Assembly (NCBI GenBank): GCA_963726195.1
Contig: CAVSBO010000003.1
Span: 128,001 to 192,000, forward strand
DNA length: 64,000 nucleotides
Direction of reading: 5' to 3'
Origin: Candidatus Thorarchaeota archaeon
GTDB lineage: Archaea; Asgardarchaeota; Thorarchaeia; Thorarchaeales; Thorarchaeaceae
The notes below the pieces were generated by a model. It ran no database searches and was not told the origin of the DNA. It saw only the letters and a list, made by a program, of their open reading frames with translations. A program made the position numbers and the translations under genes. Positions 52,814 to 61,827 of this stretch are shown here, one piece after another (positions within the stretch are counted from its first letter, which is position 1; each line of letters begins with the position of its first letter).

Positions 52814-54316
52814 ATGGTCGGCAAGCAACACCCCCAAGTCACAGAACAGAGCGTTGAAAGGACAGAGTCGCAACAGGCCAAGCTAACGGCATATAGCGTC
52901 AAAGTCGGAAGGCACCTGCTTCATGCCTTGCCGTTAATCTTGGTCGCGCTAACTGTCATGTCATTGCTAAACATCGTTGCGCCGGTAATTCTGCTGTATG
53001 TTCTCATTGCAGTCCTAGCCATGTTTGCGTTCAATACCTTCATTCTCGGCCTATTAGCAAGCAGGACAAAGAGTGCATTTACGAAGAGACTGCAATTAGA
53101 GCGACAGAAGGGCAGGCCTTTGGATAGTCTCCAAGGGTTCGTCGCGATTAAGAGCGGCGTCAACAGAACAATCAACACTATCATGGCAGTATTCCTGCTC
53201 GGCCTCATAGTGCTGATTCTCTATGGAGGCTACGTGTTTGTGCTACTGAACGCACTGCCTGCGGAGCTTTCTCTTTGGGTTGCATATCTCGGCCTTGGAC
53301 TGGCTTTGGTGTGTTTCGGAGCATCTCTAATGGTTAGAAGCATTAGGATGGACATTACCTCTGTAACCGGCCTTTCTGATTTCTACAGGCCAACCTCACA
53401 TGAACTCGTACTGGAGAACTTCTTTGCGGATGTCTTTCGAGGACATCTCGACCCGATTGCGCGACTGAAGTGGGACGAATTCACTGAAGCCATTCGGCAG
53501 TGTCTGAAGCCAACCTTTGTCGAGGAAGTCCTCAAGAATGAGGCCGAGGAAAGCCCTGTGGCATTCGCGATGGAGAAGCTCCTGTACCTCCATTACATGG
53601 AGTATAGCGGGGTTCTCAGTTATCAGAAGGTCTTAGATGAACTTGGCGAGTTCTTGAATCTGCAGACGGATTACTATCATCCTGAGCGTGGAGCAAAGAT
53701 TGGTGGGCGATACTACTTTGGCGAAGAAGACATGAACCGCGTCTTCCGCCTAATCGAGTCAACGACACCAGCGGTCTTTGACTTGATTGATCGATTGCAG
53801 CTTGAGCTGATGGACAACATTTCAGTCATGTCTGCTGATCCAATCTATGTGGACGCGTCTGCGCAGGAAGTCTGCGTAAAGGACAGTGAATGTCATTTCC
53901 TGCTAATACTCTTCAACAACACGAAGGATGCGAGAGACTTTGCCGTGAGAATCACCGTGTCCGGACTTCAGCCAGCTGAGCTCAGAGTAAAGCTGTCAGC
54001 AGAGGGCAGAGGGAGTTTCGAGATTCCGTCGGAACCTGTCCCTCTAGTGAGCGACTCGAACAAAGATGTAGCACACATCCTTGCAACAATCTTGAAGAAC
54101 AGTGTCGCTCTCTGGCTGACTCTCGAACCACGCGACATAGGCGTTCAGACTCTTCAAGTGTTCGTGGAAGACGAGCAAGGTAGAGTGATTGAAGGAAAGA
54201 CCATGCCTGTGGCCATCATACGCAACATGCAGTATGTGCTCAGAAGGCTTACTTCTGTGGGTTCTATCGCTACAGGAGCTGTGGCACCGCTATTGCGCGC
54301 GTTGACACTTGGTTAG
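52814..54316 (+). CDS. Membrane protein with large soluble C-terminal region
   Basis: Four N-terminal TMs, helical middle, beta-rich (Ig-like) C-terminus. Confidence 0.7.
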   Translation: MVGKQHPQVTEQSVERTESQQAKLTAYSVKVGRHLLHALPLILVALTVMSLLNIVAPVILLYVLIAVLAMFAFNTFILGLLASRTKSAFTKRLQLERQKGRPLDSLQGFVAIKSGVNRTINTIMAVFLLGLIVLILYGGYVFVLLNALPAELSLWVAYLGLGLALVCFGASLMVRSIRMDITSVTGLSDFYRPTSHELVLENFFADVFRGHLDPIARLKWDEFTEAIRQCLKPTFVEEVLKNEAEESPVAFAMEKLLYLHYMEYSGVLSYQKVLDELGEFLNLQTDYYHPERGAKIGGRYYFGEEDMNRVFRLIESTTPAVFDLIDRLQLELMDNISVMSADPIYVDASAQEVCVKDSECHFLLILFNNTKDARDFAVRITVSGLQPAELRVKLSAEGRGSFEIPSEPVPLVSDSNKDVAHILATILKNSVALWLTLEPRDIGVQTLQVFVEDEQGRVIEGKTMPVAIIRNMQYVLRRLTSVGSIATGAVAPLLRALTLG

Positions 54317-54372
54317 TTTGTTCAGAGATGGCCGAGAGGCGTTGCCACTGGTCGGACCGAACTGGCCTCGGA

Positions 54373-55587
54373 CTACAGTGTCAACGCCTCGACGTTGCCC
54401 TTCGAATCAATTGACTCAATCGTAAGTGGTGATCCTTTGCCTCCGACCTTCTCCAGTTTGAGGTATTCTTGCATCATGCCAAGAAAGTCAAGTGGCATTA
54501 TGCAGCCCTCTGGAGGCAGGACACCCTTGGACGTGATTTTTCCGCGCTGCATCAACGCAGCACCGAATGCAGCAGGAATGCCCGTGCCCTCGCCCATTGC
54601 CTGCCCTCGGGATGCCAAGGAGAATATGTACTGATGAGATTCTCCATTTTCTTTCCCTGAAACAACAATCTTCACGCATCCTCGCTGTTCTCCAAAGTTA
54701 GTCTCCTTGAGTAAACGTTCGCGTTGTTCTATTATGTAGGATATTGTGGAATCCAGACTGGACGATTTCTGTCCCTTCCCACGTGCAGATTTGCCGCCGG
54801 GCAGGCCTTTCCGCACAACATCAACAATAAGCTGGAAGTACTCGTCAGGTAGCACTGTGCCTTTGTTAACAACTCGTCTACAACGGATGTACTTCGGGAG
54901 TGTCAGAATCTCAGGATGCGGATAGGGGTATACTCGATGAGGGCCAACCATCTGAAAGTCCACATTCTCCTGCAGTGCCACGCCCTCTTTGTCAAAGAAG
55001 CCAACCTTCTTGATGGTGCCGTTGACGTAGACTGGGATGTCAAGCTGCATGCAGTGTATCCTGTGTCCTATGACACCGGCGCCTTCAACGGGCTCACCAC
55101 CGTGAGCATGGTACAGGTCAATCGAATCCACGCTGTCCAGAAGACTGTCAGCAGTAAACTTCGCTAAGAGGTTGGTTACACCCGGAGAACTCCCCATGCC
55201 CATGCATGCGGATATCCCCGCATGTTTCGCCTCGCCATCCATCTTCAGCTGCATATCAGTTGCGTCAATATCATCACAGATATCGACGTAGTTGACGCCA
55301 GCCTCGATCGCCGCCTTCAATATCGGTGGCCCGAACTTGTAGAACGGACCGACACAATTCAGGACTACATCACTACCCTTGAGAGCCTTCAGCAAGCTTT
55401 CGTGGTCGAGCACGTCCACCTTCAAAGCGGACACGCACTCAGACCCAATTGAATCAACTAGGCTAGAAGCTTTCTTTGCGTCAATGTCGGCAACCACGAC
55501 CTCAGAGAAATCATGGAGATCCGCAACTGTTCGGGCAGCAACGCTTCCAACTGCGCCGCATCCACCAAGCACGGTGACTCTTGACAT
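54373..55587 (-). CDS. Saccharopine dehydrogenase-like oxidoreductase
   Basis: VLGGCGAVG, NCVGPFY, NYVDICDD, GMGSSPG, PHPE, GVLPPE. Confidence 0.88.
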   Translation of the reverse strand: MSRVTVLGGCGAVGSVAARTVADLHDFSEVVVADIDAKKASSLVDSIGSECVSALKVDVLDHESLLKALKGSDVVLNCVGPFYKFGPPILKAAIEAGVNYVDICDDIDATDMQLKMDGEAKHAGISACMGMGSSPGVTNLLAKFTADSLLDSVDSIDLYHAHGGEPVEGAGVIGHRIHCMQLDIPVYVNGTIKKVGFFDKEGVALQENVDFQMVGPHRVYPYPHPEILTLPKYIRCRRVVNKGTVLPDEYFQLIVDVVRKGLPGGKSARGKGQKSSSLDSTISYIIEQRERLLKETNFGEQRGCVKIVVSGKENGESHQYIFSLASRGQAMGEGTGIPAAFGAALMQRGKITSKGVLPPEGCIMPLDFLGMMQEYLKLEKVGGKGSPLTIESIDSKGNVEALTL

Positions 55588-55664
55588 GATTGCTGCTCAT
55601 GCTTCAATGAGGGACTTAAAGCCTGCCTCTTTGTATCTTGACTCGGTTTGTGCCTCTATTATGC

Positions 55665-56396
55665 TCACTGCCAGAGGCCACGGAACGTCGTCAGAACTGC
55701 CGCCGCTAAGATGGCGCTGACTATTGTGGCCGTGGTCCTCTCAACGAGCATAGCAGGGAAGATCACGTAACCAAAGAGAGCAGCGGGGAGACCGAGCAGG
55801 TAGACTGCTCCCATCGTCATCATTGAGAAATCGGTTATTGTTCCTATCAACGTGAAAGGCAACAGCCGTACGTACATCTTAAGACCCTTCGCGGTGGAAT
55901 CGATTTTCACTTCCCTCAGCTGAAGGCCTAGTGACAGAAGTGCCGCCAAGATGTAGGGAGTGACGAACCACCATGCCGAGTGATTAGGAATCAGATACAG
56001 AATGATTACTATAATCAGATACATGAACGTGAGAAGTGGTCCGGGTATTCTGCTTCCGTGCGCAGTGGTCATGCGCTTTAGGCAGAGGCCCGTGAAGAGC
56101 CCTGAAATGGCTGGGCCAAACACAACTGTTGGAACAATGAGAGGCACTCCTCCGACAAACACAGCAAGGTAGCCGCCGACAGCTCCACCGATGAGACCGA
56201 ATACACAACCCCTGGTGGGGCCTAGCAATATGCCAAATAACGGAGCCACACAAATCGTGAAGCTGATCGAGGCCGTGATGCCTGTAGCAACAATGAAGCC
56301 GCTGATAGGAAGAAGCGAACTCACACCATAGACACTCGCAAGGATAACTCCAACAACAAACATCTGAGTGCTGGACCTGCCGCCGACCAAGGTCAT
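55665..56396 (-). CDS. ECF-transporter S-component-like membrane protein
   Basis: APLFGILLGP..G motif, about 7 TMs, ERTTATIVS. Confidence 0.6.
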   Translation of the reverse strand: MTLVGGRSSTQMFVVGVILASVYGVSSLLPISGFIVATGITASISFTICVAPLFGILLGPTRGCVFGLIGGAVGGYLAVFVGGVPLIVPTVVFGPAISGLFTGLCLKRMTTAHGSRIPGPLLTFMYLIIVIILYLIPNHSAWWFVTPYILAALLSLGLQLREVKIDSTAKGLKMYVRLLPFTLIGTITDFSMMTMGAVYLLGLPAALFGYVIFPAMLVERTTATIVSAILAAAVLTTFRGLWQ

Positions 56397-56469
56397 CGTT
56401 TCTTCAGATTTGCCAGTATGTTCCTCTATCAAAGCTGCCGCCCGAGTCGGGAACTCTGTGGCGACCTTA

Positions 56470-58071
56470 TCATAATTGCGGTTCCCAAGACAGGACTGGA
56501 GACTTTCTGGACTTGGCCCCATTGACTCGCATGTAAGCCATTATGATCACGACCGTGAATAGCCCGGCGCCCAGCGGCGCAGCCCAAGGGAATATCGATA
56601 TCCACCAGTCATTCATGACAGTGAAGTTGACCGATGCCATGGATTCGTTATCTAGAAGTGGATAGTGTTCTCCCTTCCACGTCACGTTAATCGTCAACCT
56701 GTAGTTTTCATTCGGGAAAAGGAAGGTGTTTACGTCCAACCGCCAGCAAGAGTTGCTCACATTTCGGCCCTTGAAGACTGTACTAGGCTGCAGTTGTTGC
56801 CCCTGACCGGTCTCCTCGTCCAGCATGCCCTTAACAGAATTGAGGTCGCATCTATGGCATTGTCGGAAGACACCTTTTGTGGCACTGAAGTTGATCTCAC
56901 AGTAGGCTAGCCCAGAAAGAGGCCCGGCGGATAATGCACCGTCGGCTTCGTGCATCGCTACTGAAGACTGTACTAGATCGTCAGACAGAACCAGAGGTTC
57001 GGGATATTCCCATTGTGCAACGTCCCCAGTGAGAGCATACCTAAGACAGACAGCAAGGAACACGCCCATGAATTTGTCAGACAGCATTATGTCGCTTGCC
57101 ATGATTCCTGAATGAATGACCATGCCGCGTCCGTATCTGTGAACATATGCGGCTACTGGATTACCAGTGCATTCGCTCTGATTGACGAAGTTCCAGTAAC
57201 CGATGACCTCGGTCCCTGTGAAGTTCTCCAGACGATTCTCTTCATGACCTCCGTAGGATGTGGATATGTTCTCACCGAGCGCACTCCTGATATAGTCGCT
57301 GAGAGCATTCGTTGTATTCACCATGAATGCGTTGTAGTGTTTGCCCCACCAGTACCTCCAGTAGTTGCTCCCGATCCAGTTCCTGTTTTCGTCAGGCCAT
57401 CTGTGATCGACCAATCTCCAAGCGTGGGTCCCGTTGAATTCCCAACCGTGACCTTTGACTAGACTAAGATAGCCGTTAGAATACTTAACCTCAGCATAGA
57501 AGTTGCATGCATCCATGAGTATCAGCGTGCCCCCAGACTCCACGAATTGCTTGTAGTAAAGGTACTCCCTCTGTGTGACATATTCGGTGAACCCCAGTAT
57601 CAAGACATCGTACTTCCTCACACCATTGTCGAAGAGTGCACCCTGGTCTACCTGGATCTCGTCAACGACTATCACGGTTTCATTAAGCACTAGATGGAGA
57701 GAACGGGCGGCATCAGTACCAAACCACCCAGCAAGATTCTCGCTCCACCCCCACTTTGGGACTATTGTTCTGTTCAGGAGGTTCAGGTCTGTTGTAACGT
57801 ATTGCCCCCAAGGCAGGGACATGTATCTGGAGTAGAATACGTAGAAAGCATTCGTGTAGGCAGTCGCAGAAAAAATGGGCTTGACGATAGCAATCCTGTT
57901 CTCATCCGAGGCTGGGGAGGCCTTCATCTGCTGGGTCACTCCTGCTAAGGTATTCGTACTGCCTGCACTCACGGGAGATGTTGAATAACCAAAGGATGCG
58001 AGAAGTATCAAAAGAAAAGCCAGTCCTATGATTCGAGAATGGCCATTTCCCCCTCCTCTAGCCTTCGCCAT
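56470..58071 (-). CDS. Secreted, membrane-anchored protein with N,N-dimethylformamidase beta-subunit-like domain
   Basis: Signal peptide, KPIFSATAY, YDVLILGFTEYVT..FVESGGTLI..NFYAEV, C-terminal TM. Confidence 0.6.
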   Translation of the reverse strand: MAKARGGGNGHSRIIGLAFLLILLASFGYSTSPVSAGSTNTLAGVTQQMKASPASDENRIAIVKPIFSATAYTNAFYVFYSRYMSLPWGQYVTTDLNLLNRTIVPKWGWSENLAGWFGTDAARSLHLVLNETVIVVDEIQVDQGALFDNGVRKYDVLILGFTEYVTQREYLYYKQFVESGGTLILMDACNFYAEVKYSNGYLSLVKGHGWEFNGTHAWRLVDHRWPDENRNWIGSNYWRYWWGKHYNAFMVNTTNALSDYIRSALGENISTSYGGHEENRLENFTGTEVIGYWNFVNQSECTGNPVAAYVHRYGRGMVIHSGIMASDIMLSDKFMGVFLAVCLRYALTGDVAQWEYPEPLVLSDDLVQSSVAMHEADGALSAGPLSGLAYCEINFSATKGVFRQCHRCDLNSVKGMLDEETGQGQQLQPSTVFKGRNVSNSCWRLDVNTFLFPNENYRLTINVTWKGEHYPLLDNESMASVNFTVMNDWWISIFPWAAPLGAGLFTVVIIMAYMRVNGAKSRKSPVLSWEPQL

Positions 58072-58231
58072 TTCATAGACCGCCCCTTGAACCTACAGTA
58101 AACTATTACATGCACCCAGATAAGCGTGTCGAGATGCGAAAGGAAGAAGAAGGCCTGTTGAGATTTCACTCCGTGTCCAGCTGCCGGATTTCGTAAACCA
58201 TTGTCTCCTGTCAAGCAAGAGAACATGGTCA

Positions 58232-58259
58232 GACCCGGTGCGGCCGCTCGCACCGGGTC
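58232..58259. repeat. Perfect 11-bp GC-rich inverted repeat
   Basis: GACCCGGTGCG-N6-CGCACCGGGTC. Confidence 0.7.
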
Positions 58260-58697
58260 ACAACAAACTACGAACAAAGGAATTCCGTCAGGAGACTAGC
58301 AACCTGACCAACCGAGACCCAAGGGGTCATCGATTACTGGAATCCTTTTGGCACCTGATTTCCTCGAAGGCCTTTCACCGGAGGTGGTGCGATGGACGTC
58401 GTTCCCGTTACCAGACTTCACAAGACTGGACTGACTCTGTCTGCTCACTATCTCACCTCCGGATATGGCTCAGTGCGATTCGCCAATTCATCGTATTTCA
58501 AACCCGTCCACGATTGCCTAGTGTTCTCTCGATTATGGAGTCTACTGTGATTTCAAGCCTGAGGCCAGTTGGTTGCAGGTGCCAACTCAAGAAAAGCAGT
58601 GCTAACTCATGCAGTGAACAACCAGGCCCATCGATTCTTGCGAAATGAAATAGTCGATTCATGCTAAGGCTACATCGCCTTGCATACTATTATTGAA

Positions 58698-58850
58698 GGG
58701 GAAGCAAATAAAGACTTCCGTTGTCCGAAACTTACCCGTCTAGGACTTCTCCCAAACGGTGTTCGGTTCCTGCTTCACAGGGGAGCACCTGCCTTACGGC
58801 ATGAACCTCTCCACTCTTGCAGGCGTTTAACGTCTCCGCCCAACTGGCGG
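58698..58850 (-). ncRNA. Predicted omega/reRNA scaffold overlapping the tnpB 3' end, plus flanking guide
   Basis: Position follows the established TnpB architecture; GG right end at 58718-58719; predicted guide AAGTCTTTATTTGCTTCCCC. The 5' boundary is a guess. Confidence 0.5.
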
Positions 58851-59928
58851 CGACGAACTCCAAATTCATCGCAGCATTAACGTCACGATCCATTTCAGAG
58901 CCGCAGACACCACACCTGAATGTCCGTTCGGTGAGCGTAATCTCCGCCTTGATTGCTCCACAGGCAGAACACCTCTTCGTGGACGGGAAGAACCTGTCCG
59001 CCTTCACGACGACGCTTCCATACCACTCGGCTTTGTATTCCAACATCCTTTGGAACTCGCAAAATGACGCATCAGCCAGCGACCCAGCGAGTATGTGATT
59101 CCGCATCATATTCCTTACTGCAAGGTCTTCTACGGCGATAACCGACTTGGTTTTCGCCAGCATCGTCGTAGCCTTATCCAACGCGTCTCTTCGAACACAT
59201 GAGACTCTGTAATGGCATTTCGCGAGTCGCATCTTGGCTTTCTTGCGGTTCGCACTGTCCTTCTGTTTCCGTGACAGACTTCGCTGAAGCCGCCTCAGCT
59301 TCGTGCCGTACCTTCTTAGCGCCTTCGGGTTCTCGATGACGGCTCCGTCATTCACCGTCGCTAGGTGCGACACGCCAACATCTACGCCGACCACAGGACC
59401 ATGGTTAACAAGGACATGGATCTCCTCTTCGACTTGGACGCTCACAAACCAGTGCCCCGCTCTCTCTGAGATTGTGGCTGAGAGAATGTGAACCCCAGAG
59501 ATGGGAAGATACTCCTTCTCCTTGAGTCTGACGAGACCTATGCGAGGAAGCTGCATGCAGTCTTGGTGAACTTTGATGGAGCCGGTCAGGCGGAAGCCCC
59601 CTATCCCACGTTTCCTGCTCTTGAAGCGTGGAAACCTGCTTCTGCCGTCGAAGAAGTTCCGAAATGCCTTGTCTAGGTCGCGCAGCGCCTCCTGTGGAGC
59701 GCACTTCGATACCTCATACATCCAAGGTAGCGTAGTCTTCTTGAGGCGGTTCAACTCGCGATGGAGGTCGATTGCCGTTGGGCTCTTCCCAGTAGCTTCA
59801 TACGAGTCCTGTTTACGCTGGAACCCCCAGTTGTAGGCGAACCGGGCTGCGCCAGCGTGTCTCAGGAGTGAGGTACGTTGGTCGTTGTCGGGATCCAACT
59901 CGGTCTTGTAGGCGCGTCTAATCAGCGT
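58732..59928 (-). CDS. tnpB: TnpB RNA-guided endonuclease
   Basis: RAYKTEL, ARFAYN, FPRFK, RuvC VGVDVG / AVEDL / DRDVNAA, Zn finger CSAC..CGVC. Confidence 0.95.
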   Translation of the reverse strand, partial: TLIRRAYKTELDPDNDQRTSLLRHAGAARFAYNWGFQRKQDSYEATGKSPTAIDLHRELNRLKKTTLPWMYEVSKCAPQEALRDLDKAFRNFFDGRSRFPRFKSRKRGIGGFRLTGSIKVHQDCMQLPRIGLVRLKEKEYLPISGVHILSATISERAGHWFVSVQVEEEIHVLVNHGPVVGVDVGVSHLATVNDGAVIENPKALRRYGTKLRRLQRSLSRKQKDSANRKKAKMRLAKCHYRVSCVRRDALDKATTMLAKTKSVIAVEDLAVRNMMRNHILAGSLADASFCEFQRMLEYKAEWYGSVVVKADRFFPSTKRCSACGAIKAEITLTERTFRCGVCGSEMDRDVNAAMNLEFVAASWAETLNACKSGEVHAVRQVLPCEAGTEHRLGEVLDG

Positions 59929-60142
59929 CTTTTGTCGCCTCCAGTGCCCGGTTCGCCCGATTCTTCGCCGCCCTCTTTCCATACAGTCGAGCGCAGAAGC
60001 TTGTCTTGGTCGGTATTTCTCGAACGAGAATCGTCCCAGTGGGCAGTTGTTCGGTCGGTCGGAGGAACTTGCCAGGACGGTACAGACGATATGCCGTTTT
60101 GTAGTCGATGCCCTGTTTTCGCGCCCAATCAGACAGTCTCAC
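59918..60142 (-). pseudogene. tnpA: IS607 TnpA with in-frame deletion of the serine-recombinase catalytic domain
   Basis: N-terminal HTH MRLSDWARKQGIDYKTAYRLY..QLPTGTILV fused directly to C-terminal TSFCARLYGKRAAKNRA; 74 aa. Confidence 0.85.
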
Positions 60143-60205
60143 AGTATCATCTGTCTATGCGTGGTGCTATTTGGCGTTAAATCCCCCTTGCTGTTTCGAG
60201 CCCCT

Positions 60206-61198
60206 TCACACATAGAAGTCCCAAAAGTGCGTGAACTTGAATCCTCTTCCGATCGTCTTGTCATCGCCCCGTAGGTCAACGAAAGTCTTACCGTCCCAGG
60301 GATAGAATCTGAGGTTATGATCATCATCACACACGAGGAGGTCGGGATTTCCCGGATTTCGCCAGTGCCCAACGACGTAAACCCACTTGTCTTTGAACCC
60401 TTCTCCCACTTTGGGATATGGACCGTCTGCAAAGACATTGAGAGTCTCTTTCGGATTGAGCTGGCCATACCGATAGAAGGTCAGCTTCCCATCCTTGTGC
60501 CGGGCAATGATAGAGGGAACGCGACTGCCCATCCACTCATCGACAAGCAGGTGAGTGAATTCTTTCCCGAATCCTCGCCCCACTTTCCGCGGCTTTGCAT
60601 CCTTGAAGCTCTTGCCATCAAAGGCATAGACGTGCAAGTCCCCGTCGTCATCTCGGGCGAGGAGGTCTGGATATGTAGTGCCATTCCAGTAACCTGGGTA
60701 CAAGTCCGGCCAATGCTCCTTGTCAAAGCCTTGGCCCACCTTCTCTGAGAACCCCAAATCCCTGAACTTAGAACCATCCCATGGAAACAGGCGCAAGTTC
60801 CCCTCATCATCACGAACCAACAGGTCGGACATACCTTGGCCCGTCCATTCAGCAACATAGTAGTCCCAGTCTGCCTTGAATCCTCGGCCTACTTTGTCTC
60901 CTGAACCCTTCGCGCCTTTGAACGTCTCTCCAACGAATGGGTAGTGCTTCAAATCGCCATCCTTGTCGATGACGATTAGCGAGGAGCCACCGCCAATCCT
61001 TCTATGCTGTGTACTCCCGCCACTTGGCATCCAGTACCCAACCAAGTACTTCTCGAAGTTGAATCCGCTGCCAACCTCTCGACCTGATTCTTTGTGCTCT
61101 TCTTTCTCAGAAGGATAGAACGTGTACCTCGTCCCCTGCTTAAACATAGGGTACCATTTGAGGTCACCATTCTCTTTTCTCACAATAAGACCGGGCAT
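60206..61198 (-). CDS. Tachylectin/FG-GAP-like beta-propeller repeat protein
   Basis: About 6 repeats of (D)LL.RD.DG.L..YP.DG..F.....KVG.GF; no signal peptide. Confidence 0.7.
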   Translation of the reverse strand: MPGLIVRKENGDLKWYPMFKQGTRYTFYPSEKEEHKESGREVGSGFNFEKYLVGYWMPSGGSTQHRRIGGGSSLIVIDKDGDLKHYPFVGETFKGAKGSGDKVGRGFKADWDYYVAEWTGQGMSDLLVRDDEGNLRLFPWDGSKFRDLGFSEKVGQGFDKEHWPDLYPGYWNGTTYPDLLARDDDGDLHVYAFDGKSFKDAKPRKVGRGFGKEFTHLLVDEWMGSRVPSIIARHKDGKLTFYRYGQLNPKETLNVFADGPYPKVGEGFKDKWVYVVGHWRNPGNPDLLVCDDDHNLRFYPWDGKTFVDLRGDDKTIGRGFKFTHFWDFYV

Positions 61199-61403
61199 AT
61201 TTCTCAATCTCCTATCGTGCGAGTAAGAGAGGCACACAGGATACTTATCCTAATCGGCCACAAACCCATCAGACTGTCTTACGGGAATTGCGTCAGTACC
61301 AGACAAAGACGACGTTTAACGCGGTTGCCGCTTGACATCACAGTGTCTTCGTCCGCAGTTCTTATATCGATGACAACAAGAGTCGCAATCGAAGTGAATC
61401 ACT

Positions 61404-61685
61404 GTGACAACACTTATGGTTGTGCTTACTGGTGTATCAGATAGTGGAGACATTTCAATACGAGGTCTCATAACGAAAGGCATTTTGAAACCCGGCATGA
61501 AATGGAACGTTGAAGGCAAGTCCTTCGCAGCCGGACGCATTCTGGACAGGGGCGCCGATGCGCTGGGCAAAATCAAGGAGCTCAAAGAGGCGAAAGAGGG
61601 ACAGGCAGTTCAAGTCTTTCTAATCGGTGCAGATGCTCCAACTGTAAAGAAGCTCCAGAGAAAGCAGAACATTGAGTTTCTCTAA
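61404..61685 (+). CDS. Stand-alone EF-Tu/IF2 domain-II-like beta-barrel protein
   Basis: IRGLITKGILKPG and ELKEAKEGQAVQVFL motifs; 93 aa, no GTPase domain. Confidence 0.55.
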   Translation: MTTLMVVLTGVSDSGDISIRGLITKGILKPGMKWNVEGKSFAAGRILDRGADALGKIKELKEAKEGQAVQVFLIGADAPTVKKLQRKQNIEFL

Positions 61686-61827
61686 AAAGCAAGCCTGTCA
61701 AGACCTAGCTCTTTCTTCTCCTTTCGTGAGGCCCACTTGGTTACGGTCACGTTGGGCCTCATTCAATACGAAACTGTTTTAGGCCGCGTCCGGTCCGGGG
61801 CAGCCACATTTCCGGAGGCGCATTAGA

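Larger units (their letters stand above)
58718..60184 (-). mobile_element. IS607-family element, non-autonomous
   Basis: tnpA remnant plus tnpB. Right end (minus strand) ...GTAAGTTTCGGACAACGG; left boundary in the G-run CAAGGGGG/ATTTAACG. Confidence 0.8.

Noticed and set aside
55665-56470. Riboswitch upstream of the ECF S-component-like gene
   Set aside because: The leader is only about 70 bp and shows no recognisable TPP, FMN or cobalamin aptamer motif.
58238-58648. 136-aa ORF next to the IS
   Set aside because: Arg/Ser-rich, no motif, and it starts inside a hairpin; probably spurious.
59929-59982. Upstream ATG extension of TnpB (MERGRRR...)
   Set aside because: It overlaps the tnpA remnant in another frame; TnpB-like sequence begins at LIRRAYK.
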